Under the pieces are notes generated by a model, which saw nothing but the letters and a program-made list of their open reading frames with translations, searched no databases and was not told the origin of the DNA. The translations under genes and the position numbers were made by a program. A stretch of DNA of 57,489 nucleotides, counting the filler, from Porpidia crustulata (Eukaryota), in NCBI GenBank assembly GCA_964255105.1. It is 5 parts of 5 records of this genome, joined end to end, with 100 filler letters (N's around TTAATTAATTAA, not from the genome) between each part and the next. Parts side by side here need not be neighbours in the genome. Positions count along the whole stretch, not along the records: positions 34,578 to 45,989 come from CAXUWE010000663.1; positions 46,090 to 57,489 come from CAXUWE010000664.1; 3 more parts are not named here. One strand, written 5' to 3'. Of this stretch, positions 37,145 through 49,455 are shown piece by piece; the stretch's first letter is position 1; every line of letters starts with the position of its first letter.

Positions 37145-39349
37145 TCAGTGATATTCAGCCTTGATCGCCCATCGCTTGTCGGCTTCCTTGGAGCCTACTC
37201 GCTGAGCGATCAGGCCAAGAGTGTCTTTGATGGCATCTTTTGACTGCTTAGGAAATCTAGAAAGCGCTTTAGATTCCTACATTACTCGAACATGCGAAAA
37301 CCGGAGAGCAAAAACTTACTGCTTCTTCAAGATTTCCACCAAACCAGCCTTAGTGAGATCATTCCCCTGCACTGCGTTCTTGAAGTCATTCATGAGTTCA
37401 GGTGATATCAAGCGCGTTGGCGGTCTAGAAGATTTAGATGTTGCGGTGCCATCTTTCCAAAGCCCGTGTGTCTTTGAACTATCCGTAGGTGTCGCCAGAT
37501 TAGGATACAAGATATTAGTGCGGTTGACACTATTAAGGGGTATTCGCGGAGGGTCCATGGATGCATGTAGTGACTTCGAGGGAGAAGAATGCAGAGACCT
37601 GGCGGCAGTCTTCGAATGCCAATAGCTGGTAGAGTATGGATCAATGGGTAGTTGTGGACAATCTATGAGACTTAGGTAAGGTCATATACGAAAGAGTGAC
37701 CATGAGCCTTACCGAGAATGACTTCTAGCCCATAGCTTTGTAGATCCCCGGACCTTGATTCGAATTTCGCTGCCTTGCTGGTAGCTTCGCAGTCGTTTTG
37801 CCAGCAGATACCAGTAGAAGTAGGTTCCAGATTACCTATCATCGGACGGCGTTTCTGGTGCATTATCCGGGTGCCATCGGCGCCTTCCTCGTCATCCAGA
37901 AATCCCTCCATGTCATCATCGTCTTCCTCTTCGTTCGTTTCCTCCTCACCCTCGGAGTGTAAATCTTCTCCCTCACCTGGCTCTTCCCATTCGGCTTCAG
38001 AATCATAATCGTAATTCGTCTGAGGTAGTATACGGTTGAATGGGCGTTTGCAGAGCTTTCTGATCTTATCGTCGCTTGGAAACTTTGTATAAGTGCCAAT
38101 GTACGGAGGCCTCACATCTTCTGCAAACCGCAAGTATTTCGTAGGTATCGAGTTGAGCATCTTTGCTCTGTCTGCAGTTCTATTTGCCTTCGAGTCAATG
38201 TGATCTGTTGGATGTTGTATATTGCGGTTCACTCTTGTGATTATGTCCTTAACAACGTTCCGCGGTCTTCGGCGTCGTTTGGAATGATTTATGGATATAT
38301 GAAGGAGGCTATCTAGATCGGACGTATCGTTCTCTTCTCTTGATGTGGCGTTGCTCGGATTGATGCACTTGTCAATACTTTCTTGGGCGTACTCGATTTC
38401 CTTGTCATCGCGGGAAAAGCGACTCTTCCAAGCAACGACTGTGTGCGGTTGTTCGAAAAAGGGTAGAAAGAATCTTCCATAATCTGGTAGGGAACACTTT
38501 TGGGAGGTTGCCAGAGTTGAGTCGGCCTTAGCCAGGATTTCGGTGCCGTCTGTAGATGCAGTTGAGCTACGTCGACTGCTCAAGGGGCTATGAGATTCTG
38601 GTTTAGGAGACCCAGTCGATCCTCTTGCTAAATTGCTGGGTTGAATGAAGAACGAGTTGAGGCGTAGTTGTGACTTTAGGGATGTGAGTACCAAATGCAT
38701 TGTGATCAGAATTTCAAGGTTTACTCGCCTTGCCCTTCTTTTCCTTTTCAGCTTCTTTGAGCCGCTTTTCTTCGTCTTTCCGTTTCTTCTCATCGTCTTT
38801 GGCTTTTCTTCTTTCCTCTTCCTTCAGCCTCGATTGCTCCTCTTTGGCATTTCGTCGCTCTTCTTTCTCAGCGTCCCTAAGTCGCTTCTCTTCCTCCTTC
38901 TTAAGTCGCTTTTCCTCCTCCTTCTTTGCTCGCTCTTCCTTCTCAGTATCCTTAAGTCGCTTTTCTTCCTCCTTCTTAAGTCGCTTTTCCTCCTTCTTTA
39001 CTCGCTTATCCGCTCTTTGGCGGTCTTTTGCCTCCTTCTCGCTCGACGTCAGTTTCGACCTCTTGTTTGGCATTGATGTAGTGAAATTGCTTGAGGTGGC
39101 TTGTACACATGGATCTGCGGGTATTGCGCTGGTATCCTCGGGTAGTAGAGACTCTTGTCGGCCGCCATCTGCCGTCAATGATGCCAGTGAAGCTTGGGAT
39201 GTGCACTCGGCGGCAGTTCTAATACAGCATCTTTCATCCTTGATAGCAGCTGTATTTGGGTGATCTTGAACATCATCCTTAAGCCCAGCTTCGTCATATG
39301 TCCGTTTGAGTGATATAGCCACTGATGAAGCCATCAATGACGCACTCAT
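37145..39349 (-). CDS. RLF2: Chromatin assembly factor 1 large subunit (Cac1/Rlf2), 4 exons
   Basis: K/E/R-rich coiled coil, PIP-like QLRLNSFF, KYLRFAEDVRPPYIGTY, YDYDSEAEWEEPGEGEDL, and a C-terminal winged-helix-like LTKAGLVEILKKQ|FPKQSKDAIKDTL. Confidence 0.92.
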
Positions 39350-39449
39350 CAGACCGACGGGGAAACTCTCGACAGAAAGTATCGAGTACTTATAACAACT
39401 TAGAGTTATCGGTCTTGAGTACAACGCTTCATTCTACATTTGGAGCATA

Positions 39450-39493
39450 AATCGCGTCGATCGTTGGGTTTCGCGTTCCTGCCTTTCGCGCCA
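39450..39493 (-). promoter_or_regulatory. Cluster of three CGCG-core MCB/SCB-like elements upstream of the CAF-1 subunit gene
   Basis: Minus strand reads GGCGCGAAA, AACGCGAAA and GACGCGAT, 100-140 nt upstream of the ATG. MBF control of S-phase genes is established in yeasts; function here is inferred. Confidence 0.55.
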
Positions 39494-39524
39494 CTAGGTA
39501 CATTCAAGGCTATTGATGCTCACT

Positions 39525-39592
39525 CCTCAACGGGCCACTCCGACTAGGGTTAGGGTTCGATTAGTAGCATAACCCTAGGTGGCCCGTTGAGG
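39525..39592. repeat. Inverted repeat/hairpin containing TTAGGG-type units
   Basis: Perfect 14-bp outer arms CCTCAACGGGCCAC/GTGGCCCGTTGAGG and 9-bp inner arms CTAGGGTTA/TAACCCTAG. Confidence 0.85.
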
Positions 39593-40124
39593 GGTTTACA
39601 CGAATAAGGCAGGCCACCCGCGTGGTAACATCACTACAATTTACAATCCACATGTACTCAAGGTATAGGGGTACTCTACTGGATTTCATTATCATGAATG
39701 ACAATGGACCTTATGTGACGGAGATGCTCACAAGGCACGGTGTCCACCACAATTGCACTACGTTATGCTCACAGATACTCGTATCTTCTATTTTCTATCT
39801 TCTGATACAGCCCGAGACAAAAATTGCCCGAGTACCCACTGATGATCTCAGTGCCTGGGTATCTCGACTCCCGACTATGCCTAGTTGTTGATCCATGGGT
39901 GTGGAGAATGATATATCTATATACACTAGTATTTGAATCGATACCTTCTCGCCAACCGTCTCGTCGTATACTTGGAGATTCTGGTAAGGGGGTAATATAT
40001 CTATCACCTTTGGTCAGCCCAATAGCAATCTTGGAACAGAATGGAGAATGAGCCTTTACTTAAGATCAAGTAGCGAGATCTGCAATTTTCGTGTAAATTG
40101 TACCACGTCCGTTATTGTTGACGG

Positions 40125-42102
40125 TCACCACTCGAACACCTCGATTATCCGCTCACAAGTCTCCTCGAGCTCACTGCACGGGCGAAGGTACTCTATGGTA
40201 GCTCGACATTCCTCAAGGTCAAAATGCACATCAACCGAAGTGATTCTTGCCCATTTGGGCACATCGTCACAGCTCCTAACATCACCAAGTCCAGCCTCTT
40301 CTATCTCCATCAATCTTTCTGCAACTCTGGCCGTCAAATTGCTATTCCAGATACCCTCTTGGCGTGATGCTGCATACAATAAAGAAATTGCTTTGCGGCG
40401 TATTCGTGGATCGCGACATCGATGAGCCACAGAGTACAACGGTGCTATAATGCCCATATCGAACGAAGAGCTTGGACCGAGACTGGAAGAGGTTGGGGTA
40501 TCGCTGTCGGAGACTCCGAGAATTATTGCCGCTAACGATACTATCTCTTCGTGGTCCGTACGGTATTTGTCCCAAATAAGCTGTTCTCCTGAGAAGGCCA
40601 TCATGTTTCTGTCGAAATATCTAGCAGCGAAGCGGCGGCTGATACTAAGCACAGCTGCTGCCTTCAAGTCTCTTGAATCAAGATTCAAAGTTGATTGTCC
40701 CAGGAAAGAGTGAAATGAAGCTGACCATTGTTGGAATATCTTATGATACTTGTTCGTTGCCATCAATCGCTCAGTACCTTCGTTATTTCCGAGACTTGCG
40801 AGGCAGCTGTTCCATTGGAAATCCAAGGAGTTTCTAGCTTCATCCAGACTAGAGAACGAACTTGGTATACTCGGGCCAAAACCTATCTCGTGATTATTAG
40901 GTCTAGAAGAGAGAACCATTGGAGGGTCATCGAGCATCTATGCGCAGGTTAGCATGTATAGCTCTGGAAGGCCTCATTAGACCGTCCATATACTCAACCA
41001 AAGTTGAAGTTATCCTTACCTGTGTTGCTTGGAAGTCAAGCCTACAAAAAAGGACTTCTAGGCTTTCTAGTGGAACATAAGGAATTGCAGAGCTTCTTAC
41101 GAAACTGTGACGAGATTGCGGCTCTTCACCATGGAATCGAATTTCAGAGAGTATCTTAACACCACTTCTAATATGGGAGAGGGCGGAAGCGAAATGGCCT
41201 CGAAGATTCTGTTTGCTAGTCAGCTTTAATCCTTTTTCAAGACTCTGGCTCAGGCCAACACCGGAGTGGGTCTCACTTCGAAACATGCAAAGAGCAAACA
41301 AGATATCAGACAAACATCTGCAGCTTGCTGGCCATGAGTTTTGATAGGTTGTATTAGATGAGATATGGCTTGATTGTATTGTTGCAAGGCGAAATCACCA
41401 TCTCCACGATCCCCATAGCGGCCTGAAGCCGATCCGTCGAGCTCGAAACGTTCATGAATGGACGCCAAAGCAACTACTGCATGTCGAATGGCAGACTCAT
41501 GATGAACTGTTTGGAGGAGCAGACGGTGCCAAAAGTCGGACTGGAAGAAACCTGCCAGCTGTGGTGCTGTTTTCCTGCAGAAAATGTGGAAATAATGACG
41601 CTCCTTCACGTCTCCGGGTATCTCAATGGGCGGGTTGCGCGTTAGGCTCGCCCGGTAACTGTTCGGATGTTGAAAAGTTCCAGTACCCTTGGTCGGGAGG
41701 TAGCCGTCACACGTACGACTGTCCAGAACATTTATTAGTCAGGCAGCCAACTGGTAAGCAGTCTAAGTACCCAGTGCTTGTGCATCTATGGCAATCCGGC
41801 TTGATTTCGTCACATTTGATGCGACGGACTAGAACACGCCGGCCATGTGAGCATTTGAATTTAACGTGAGCGAGACTCCTTACTCCTAGGTGCGCCCAAG
41901 TAAGCATTTTTGGCCTAGTTAAACCATTGGATACCCAAAAAGTAAAATGAATGTACGATTCAAGACACTTTACGGGAAGTTTTCTTTATAGACGGAATCC
42001 TTATGTACAAGAAAGTTACACATACTTGCATGTAATGCAGCCAGTCCTTACTTTAGGTTTGCAAGCCCTCGAACGCTTCTCGACCCTTTCGTCCATGGGC
42101 AT
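40125..42102 (-). CDS. Zn(II)2Cys6 transcription factor with fungal-specific TF (Fungal_trans_2-like) domain, ~5 exons
   Basis: KVRTGCITCK|VRRIKCDEIKPDCHRCTSTG|RTCDGY split by introns, then AIRHAVVALASIHE, ALQQYNQAI, LISCLLFACFE and HRCRDPRIRRKAISLL..RQEGIW. Confidence 0.9.
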
Positions 42103-43135
42103 GTAATTTATTCAATCGAAGCACAAATTAAGGAACTCGGATACTTTGACTCATCAACGAATCCACAGTCGTATAATGCCGTACATGAGACGTCTGCTGT
42201 CGAAACAAGTATGTAAAGTGAGGCCTTTGCGTTCCCCTTAAATACCAGTCTTGCTATGCATAGAGCTATGATTAAGCCAGCGTGACTCTTTTCATTGATA
42301 TGAACCATACAGCTTTGCCTCATCATTTCGGCGGTGAGATACGGTCAAAATGACTACGTGGGTGAGGCCAGGAGGCTGACTGTGCGGCTGTGGGACGTTG
42401 GTACAGTAATCCAAAGTATCCCGATCGTGATCTGATGAAAAGAAGCGAGTATACGACACAGCCAATCAGAAGCTGCCCGAAGCCGTTGGCGATTAACCTT
42501 CGCCAAACACAGCCCTATACCTGTCAACGTAAGTCTTTACGATACTAACCAATGAGGTATCTGACAAAGCTTGAAGACCGCGTAGCCATCATTTTTCTGT
42601 GGGCGCCCCTTAATTACATGTGATGCAGGGCAAGGCAACTGATATCGTGCAAGCCACGCTTTTCCACGAAGCTTAATACCACATGGCGTACCGCTAAACA
42701 ACTACTTGGTCAATTACGCTTCAATTCAGTTGGTTTACTCGTACAATTGTGCAAATTCTCTGTTTCGGCTATGCTGATCTGTTATTCTTCTTATCACTTT
42801 CTTACGTCGTCGTGTTGGGGTCAGTCATGCTCTGTTTTGGCTGCTTCATGTGGTCGCTCTTAAGTACCTGGTCCTCTCCCTTTTCAATCTCTGATCCAGG
42901 CTGACCTTAACTATTCTCTGGTGCGGAATCCTGTGAACCAAGTCATCATTGCATTTTTCACTCGTTCAAGTCTGCCTGGAATTTGGAGATTCAGAGAATC
43001 AGCCTCTTAGAATCTTGTTCATTCTATTCTTCGACAAGAGTCAAGTCACATTCCACACGGACTGTCTGAAGGGCTTGATACTTTTACATTCCCTTTCCAG
43101 CCTACGTGGCTGTTTATCTATTTAGCTAGATAATC

Positions 43136-44357
43136 ATGGGGTGCCCAGGTTCGTCCGCATTCAACCGGTACACCATGTTCACATCTAATCACTTCTTCCA
43201 GATATCAGTAACCCAAATTCAGCATGGAATTTCTGTCCCAACATGGGCGCAGCCGTCTTTTTTGCGATTCTCTTCGGAGCGACGATGATCGCGCACATTG
43301 TACAAGCTATCAAGTACCGCAAGGCTTATTGTTGGGTAATTGCGATGGGAGCGCTTTGGCAAACTCTTAATTATGCCTTCCGGATCGTGAGCATCAAGAA
43401 CCCGTACACTAATACGTGGTACGTCATCTGGTTTGTTCTGATCCTGGTATTGTTCACTTCTCCATCCTAGGTAATGACTGGCAATGAGCTGAACCACTCT
43501 AGCTTGCACCGTTATGGACGAATGCTTTTGTCTACATGGTGATGGGACGAATACTATGGAACTTCTCAGCCAAGCCTCAGATCTGGGGTATCAAAGCTTG
43601 GAGAATGGGACTTTACTTTGTTTTACTTGACATTACGTAAGTCTTTTGTGCAGGTTGTATCCATCATGACTTACTGACGTTGTATAGAGCATTCATCGTC
43701 CAAGCCGCCGGTGCTGTATCTGCATCAGGAACCAACACCTCCGAGAAGACTAAGAAAACCGGTTTGTGTGCCCACCGCCCCTTTTCCTTAGGCCACGCCA
43801 CCTGACCATCTATTCTAGGCCTCGATATCTACATGGCTGGTGTTGGTTTCCAGCAGCTTTTTGTTCTTATCTTTTTCGGGGTGGCAATTACTTTTCAGCG
43901 CACAATGTCTCAAGAAAGTTCGAAGAAATCGGGGTTGATGAGGCTTTTGTACGTGGAGTACGCAGTGTTATCACTCATCACGGTAAGTCCCCTCACCGCA
44001 TACCTGACATCGTAGTATACGATATTAATAAGATATACCATGCAGATGCGAATCATCTTTCGCCTAGTCGAATACTCGAGCGGCTTCAAGAGCACTATTC
44101 CTAACCATGAGGCCTACCAATATTGCCTTGACTCCTTGCCAATGTTGGTTGCGCTTGTTCTTTTCAACATTATTCATCCTGGAAGGATCATGCCGGGAAA
44201 AGAGAGCGATCTCCCTAGTCGGAAAGCAAGAAAGCTCCAGGGTAACTTCAAGTCGTCTGAGGGTGGCGGAGCGGACTCGGCGTTCCAGCTAGATTCCTCC
44301 AAAGACAGCGGACACTTCCGGGAGACCGAGGTTCCGACTCATGGCTACGTCAGCTGA
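43136..44357 (+). CDS. RTA1-family (lipid-translocating exporter-like) membrane protein, ~6 exons
   Basis: WNFCPNMGAA, LAPLWTNAFVYMVMGR, IRIIFRLVEYS-like and HEAYQYCLDSLPML..FNIIHPG motifs; short GT-AG introns. Confidence 0.9.
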
Positions 44358-44727
44358 AGTCTGGGATACCAGTCTGTTGGAACCAGATGCGACCGCACCT
44401 GTTCTTTGCTGATCCACTATATATTGTGACTTCCAGCACAGTCGGCCATGATGGCATTGGTATTATGCAGCGGCCTACATCAAAACCAACGAAGAAGAAT
44501 TGGTCACGTACGGGACGGGCTTTGGATACTTGGTTTTGTGAGCGTTTGGACGATTTGAGCAGGGTTTTACTTTTTAATACCTGCCAAGCAGTCAGAGGCA
44601 GTGTTTCATCGACTTCGTTACTAAGCTTGACTCGAATATTTCATATACCTAAATGTATTTATGAAGAATGCTTGTTGAAATGCAGAGTAGGCCTACTAAG
44701 CTTCGCAATACCGTGCAACTATTCAGG

Positions 44728-44743
44728 CTAACCCTAACCCTAA
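44728..44743 (+). repeat. Interstitial telomere-type repeat CTAACCCTAACCCTAA
   Basis: 2.7 units of CCCTAA about 335 nt upstream of the desaturase ATG. Confidence 0.6.
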
Positions 44744-45078
44744 AAGTCATCCATCAAAAGCATTAGAAAAACCGCCACTAACACTGGATATAAAATACAA
44801 TCACGGGGATAATATTTAAGGCAGGTTACGAGTCTCAATTGACCGATGCATCCCTTAGAAGCATATGCGTCATCCCTGTGCTCACATTGCGGCTCAGCTT
44901 GATGTATGATCCCCCAGATATTCTTTTGTTTGTTTGGTAGAGGGCGTGGGTGAGGGCCCTCTTGCATAGTCTAGAATTTCACCCTTTTTCCTGACTGTGC
45001 TAGTCAAGAAATCATCCTGCCCATTCGCAAGACCACCATGGACCTAAATTAAGCTGGCCACTTGCGACACCACAACCC

Positions 45079-45989
45079 ATGGAGGCTATCATTAATCCGC
45101 AGCTCACCCAGGCCGATACAATTGTCCTGAAAAACTTGTTCAAAGACATCAAAGGAGTTGATGGTAAATTGGGCACTCCGGGCCTTGACGACAAGGAGTC
45201 AGTTGACCTCCTGACCGGCCTGAGCGATGAAACCAGTGCCGATTTCCAGCCCACGATATTTACAGGATGGGATGAGAAAGATCTGCTAGGGATACCTGAT
45301 ACTCTCCGGAAACACCTACTCCAACCATACGTAAAATGGGCTCAGACTGTTGTTCGCAGGCCGACCGACGTTGTCTTCCTCACCCATATACTGCTTTACC
45401 TCTCGACTTCAGTGCCTAGCGCGGTCTACCTCTACTACCATTTTACATGGGCGCATGGGATAGTCCATTGGGCGATGCAAGGATGGTACGCCGGTGCATT
45501 TACGTTGATGCTCCACAACCATATTCACAATAACGGCCTGCTGGCAAAAGATTACGTTTGGTTTGACAATTACTTTCCCTACATCCTGGAGCCATTGATG
45601 GGACATACGTGGGACTCGTACTACTACCACCACGTCAAACATCACCACACCGAAAGCAACGGCCCCAACGACCTATCCTCCACGATCCGCTACCAGCGCG
45701 ACGAACTCAAGGATCTACTTCAATATATCGGCCGGTTTCTCGTCCTCGTCTGGCTCGACCTCCCACTCTACTTCCTGCGCAAAGGCAAGCGATCCCTGGC
45801 CCTCAAATCCTTCGTCTCCGAAATCTCCTCCTACGCCTTCATCTACACGCTCACCAGATACGACTTCCGCGCCTCCCTCTTCGCGCTCCTACTTCCCCTG
45901 CTGCAAATGCGCATAGGAATGATGATCGGCAACTGGGGCCAACACGCCTTCGTCGACGACACCGAACCCACCTCCGACCTCCGCTCTAG
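45079..45989 (+). CDS. Fatty acid desaturase-domain membrane protein (3' truncated)
   Basis: His boxes LHNHIH and YYYHHVKHHH, plus NWGQHAF and hydrophobic segments; frame open to contig end. Confidence 0.85.
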
Positions 45990-46089
45990 NNNNNNNNNNN
46001 NNNNNNNNNNNNNNNNNNNNNNNNNNNNNNNNNTTAATTAATTAANNNNNNNNNNNNNNNNNNNNNNNNNNNNNNNNNNNNNNNNNNNN
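45990..46089. other. Artificial contig linker N44-TTAATTAATTAA-N44
   Basis: Same 100-nt spacer. Confidence 0.98.
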
Positions 46090-46966
46090 TTGTATTATAG
46101 GCTTAGTCTAGTCAATTGATATAGTTCACTACGACCCCTCACAGGCCGTCGGAATAAGGAGGTAGGTTCAAGTTTGCATAGGTCATTTTTTTAATTAAAC
46201 CTTTATGACATGACCGCGCCTGCGTACAGATTGAAGTCAAGTGCATATCCGAGTTGCTGGCTTTTCGATAATAAGCCTTGTAAACATGCTAATGTGTCTT
46301 ACGCTTGAAAGGCCTAACGACACCCAGCGGAGTATGGTCCGGCGGGTCAAGAGGGTCTTCACCAAGATGATAAGATCGTCGGGGACTCTGTGGACCCGAT
46401 CCATGATGCCCTCCTATCTGAAGATCTCGTGTATACATTCCAGGAATGGAAGCTGAACTTGATGCAGAGTCATTCAGTGACACCTGCGACTCTAGGGGTA
46501 CGTTCAGCCCCATCGATAGCAATAGCCACATAACACTTACGTCGACCCTGGTTTAGACAGATGCTGACTAGGCACCGTACCGAGAAAATATTTGCCCTTT
46601 GTGACAGCCCATTTCGCATGTACTATGGGGCGGTGTTAAGTATGATGTCCAATTCCAATTGCGTGGAATTGAAACAAAGCCGATTGCTAGGACTTGGGTA
46701 ATTTTTATTGATTCAGAAATGGAGCAAGACATTGGTGTAGGGAAATGTTGAAGTACTAGCTTAAATTAGGCTGCATCGGTGCTTCTCTTTCCAACAGAGG
46801 GATTTGGAAGCTAATATCCCGCGAAGTCGCCAAGAGGGCGCTGGCTGTCCTTGAGCTCCTATAAATGCATTTGACATCAGCACCTTCTATTTCAGCTTAG
46901 CCCGGTCCCCAGTCACCCCCAACCTGTTTTTACTCCTTTAGATTTGCCAGCCGGGGGCAGTGCATT

Positions 46967-48022
46967 ATGGCTAGCACAGAGGACAGTAGAGAAAAGAGCA
47001 ACGGCAATACTGCCAAGCCTGACCAGGTTCGGGATGTCTTTTTCTTTCCCCACATCCGAACCGCTTCCCATGTTCTCTGTCGCCTCCTCTCCGGCCAAAC
47101 AGAATGGGCTCCCCAATCGGATTACCATTTCAAGCGTGCTTTTGACTTCGCCAGAGAATCCTTCAATTGGGGTCCGTTAACGGACGTACCTGACCAAATA
47201 CGGAACAAATTTTAGGAACTCCTTCAGGAGGGTTTCGACGAAATCCAGCGTGACCGGAGATCTGCTAGGAACGATGTGAGTTATTCCTCCAGGGTCAGAT
47301 TTGTCTTCTGTTGGTTATTCAGAAAGAACAGGGCAAGAGCATTCTTCTCAAAGAACACACGTTTTATACATGGGAACCGTCCAAGCTGTTGCAGAGCATG
47401 TGGGGCGGCCCCAGGAGACCCGTCTTTCACCGTGGTTGAAAAGGGATCTCCTATGTCCGTGGATTCCGAAAAGACGAACCCAGCTAAATTTCCTGACAGC
47501 TTTCTAAAGTCGTGGAAACCCGTTTTCTTGATTCGACCTCCAGCGCCGACGTTTGAGTCTTGGTACAGAGCTGAAAGCGGCGCTCGGCATATCGATCTTT
47601 CAGACAAGTCATGGTCATTCTTCACCAGCTTCCAGTACTCTCGGCAACTGTACGACTGGTGCTTGTCAAATAGACCTGATGGGTCGTCGATGCCAATCGT
47701 TATTGATGCGGATGATATTCTGAATAAAAGCTCAACGATCAAGAAGTTGTGCTTCTCACTCGGCATGGACACGCAACATATCCCCAACAATTGGGATGTC
47801 ATCCAGGTGCCAGAGAACGCCGGCTGTCGCGAGTCAAAGTTTATGGGTGATTATTGAAACTCGACCTCCATTGATAGCTCAAAGAGCTCACGGGGTCTCG
47901 ATATGCCGGCCAAATACACCAAATGACAGACTGACTTTGGACCTGACGTTTCGAATGAAATTTTGAACATCGTGGAGAAGGCTACGCCAGACTACAACTA
48001 CCTCAAGAGCAAGAAACTTTAA
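46967..48022 (+). pseudogene. Sulfotransferase-like P-loop protein pseudogene
   Basis: FFFPHIRTASHVL, GKSILLKEH, TNP..FPDSFL..WKPVFLIRPP..FESWYR, PIVIDADDI and PDYNYLKSKKL. In-frame stops at 47213, 47855 and 47924, and a frameshift near 47415. Confidence 0.8.
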
Positions 48023-48339
48023 GAATGCTCGCTTAATGGCGGCACCTTATCTGTGATACTTTGTATCTGGTATACCTGCCGCAGAGGACAAAGAGTTACA
48101 AAGAGCACGGGCAGGTGGGATAAGTGCTTCTCTGAATAACATCTCGGTGGAAGTTTTGTGAAAATCGCGCACGTATTGTGTTGATGCCGCGGCTGGAATC
48201 AGTAACTATGATCTTATGAGTAGGCGTTCTGGTGGGTTGCGTGGCTTCGATGGTAGCGATTCAAGTATACCAAAAGCGACGTTGTCGAATTCGCATTAAG
48301 AATCTCGGTTTGAAGTTATGACAGACATCGCGTTCATAT

Positions 48340-49240
48340 TTGCCATTATAATGTACTTGATAAGTAAGGTGCGCACACACTGCAAATACTACTCGTCCTT
48401 GGTGGGCGGGTTCGTCGCTCTTGAGCCCTACCCGTAGACTGACCCGTAGGCTCTATATTCGTAGCTATAGATCGATCTAAACCCTCTTAGACCGTCATAA
48501 CACCCCCTGTAGCAATATCTGACCTCCGTAGAGCTCTCTTCTTCTTTTGGCGTTCGTTTGTGGCCCGTAGCTTCTTATTCGTCGTCTGCGAGGAGGATCG
48601 CGGAGTGCATAGCTATTTTGCAGCCTTTGACTGTTTGTTAAATTGTATGGTCCTTATGGCTAGAAGAGCCAGCTGTACGGTGTTGTACAAAGTCTTCTAT
48701 TGCCTTAACCTGAATTTCTAGCTCTTGTATAATATGTGGCGTCTCTGGGACCCAACCGGTTGTTCGGTTGTAGAAGGAGAAGGAGGGGTAGGCGTTCGTA
48801 ATTGGGTATTGAGCTTTGAAACGACACGCTCAGGATCGTACGGGACTAATCCAGTAGCTATAAACCCGTTACGGATTGTATTTGAAGTTAAAGACTCCGT
48901 ATGGACCGTCAAATAAGCTAGAAGGAAATCAGACTTATCAATGTGGTTGATCCCGACTCGCATAAGATTCTCAATCTGTCGTACGTACAAACGTTCGGGA
49001 ACCGCAAAACAACTAGTGTCAAGAGGTTGAAGTAGAAGCGACGAGTGTGGTGGCATACAGAGAGTAATAAAATAGTGGTCTTTGCAAAACAGGTCGAATT
49101 CGAGTGTAACGTGGCTCCCGTGTCCGTCAAGAATAAGAAGTCTGTATACACCATTTGTACGGTCCTTTGCATGCCTCTCAAATACCTCCGTAAGCCAAGT
49201 CAGGCCTAATTGATCAGTCGTCCAACCGTTCTCACCGCTA
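48340..49240 (-). mobile_element. Fot1/pogo (Tc1-mariner) DDE transposase relic, 5' truncated
   Basis: ENGWTTDQLGLTWL..RLLILDGHGSHVTLEF..LCMPPHSSLLLQPLD..F, NTIRNGFIATGLVPYDPERV and LRTPTPP. The 3' part is degraded and no TIRs were recognised. Confidence 0.88.
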
Positions 49241-49455
49241 GTTTGGTTCGGGCTGTGCCGGACCGGGTCATATAAACCAGTGGAGACTCTATCCTACTCC
49301 ATTCTACTCCATCCAGTGGATCCTCCCGACCCGAACGCGCGAGGCTGGGCAATCCGACGCGGTGGATGGCTCTGCAGCTTGTTGATCATTGCAGGCTGAG
49401 CGCCATGGATTTACCCAGGGGGACGCAAGGCCCCTGTTACCCGAAGAAATTATCC

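Noticed and set aside
38730..39010. EEEKRLK-type repeats
   Set aside because: Normal KER coiled-coil region of the CAF-1 large subunit.
44728..44743. Telomerase RNA template or true telomere
   Set aside because: Short internal tract in a ~720-nt intergenic gap; no supporting structure recognised and not at a contig end.
46090..46560. Short ORFs at the start of contig 5, and similar ones at 54400-54880
   Set aside because: No recognisable motifs; cannot be distinguished from non-coding or highly decayed sequence.
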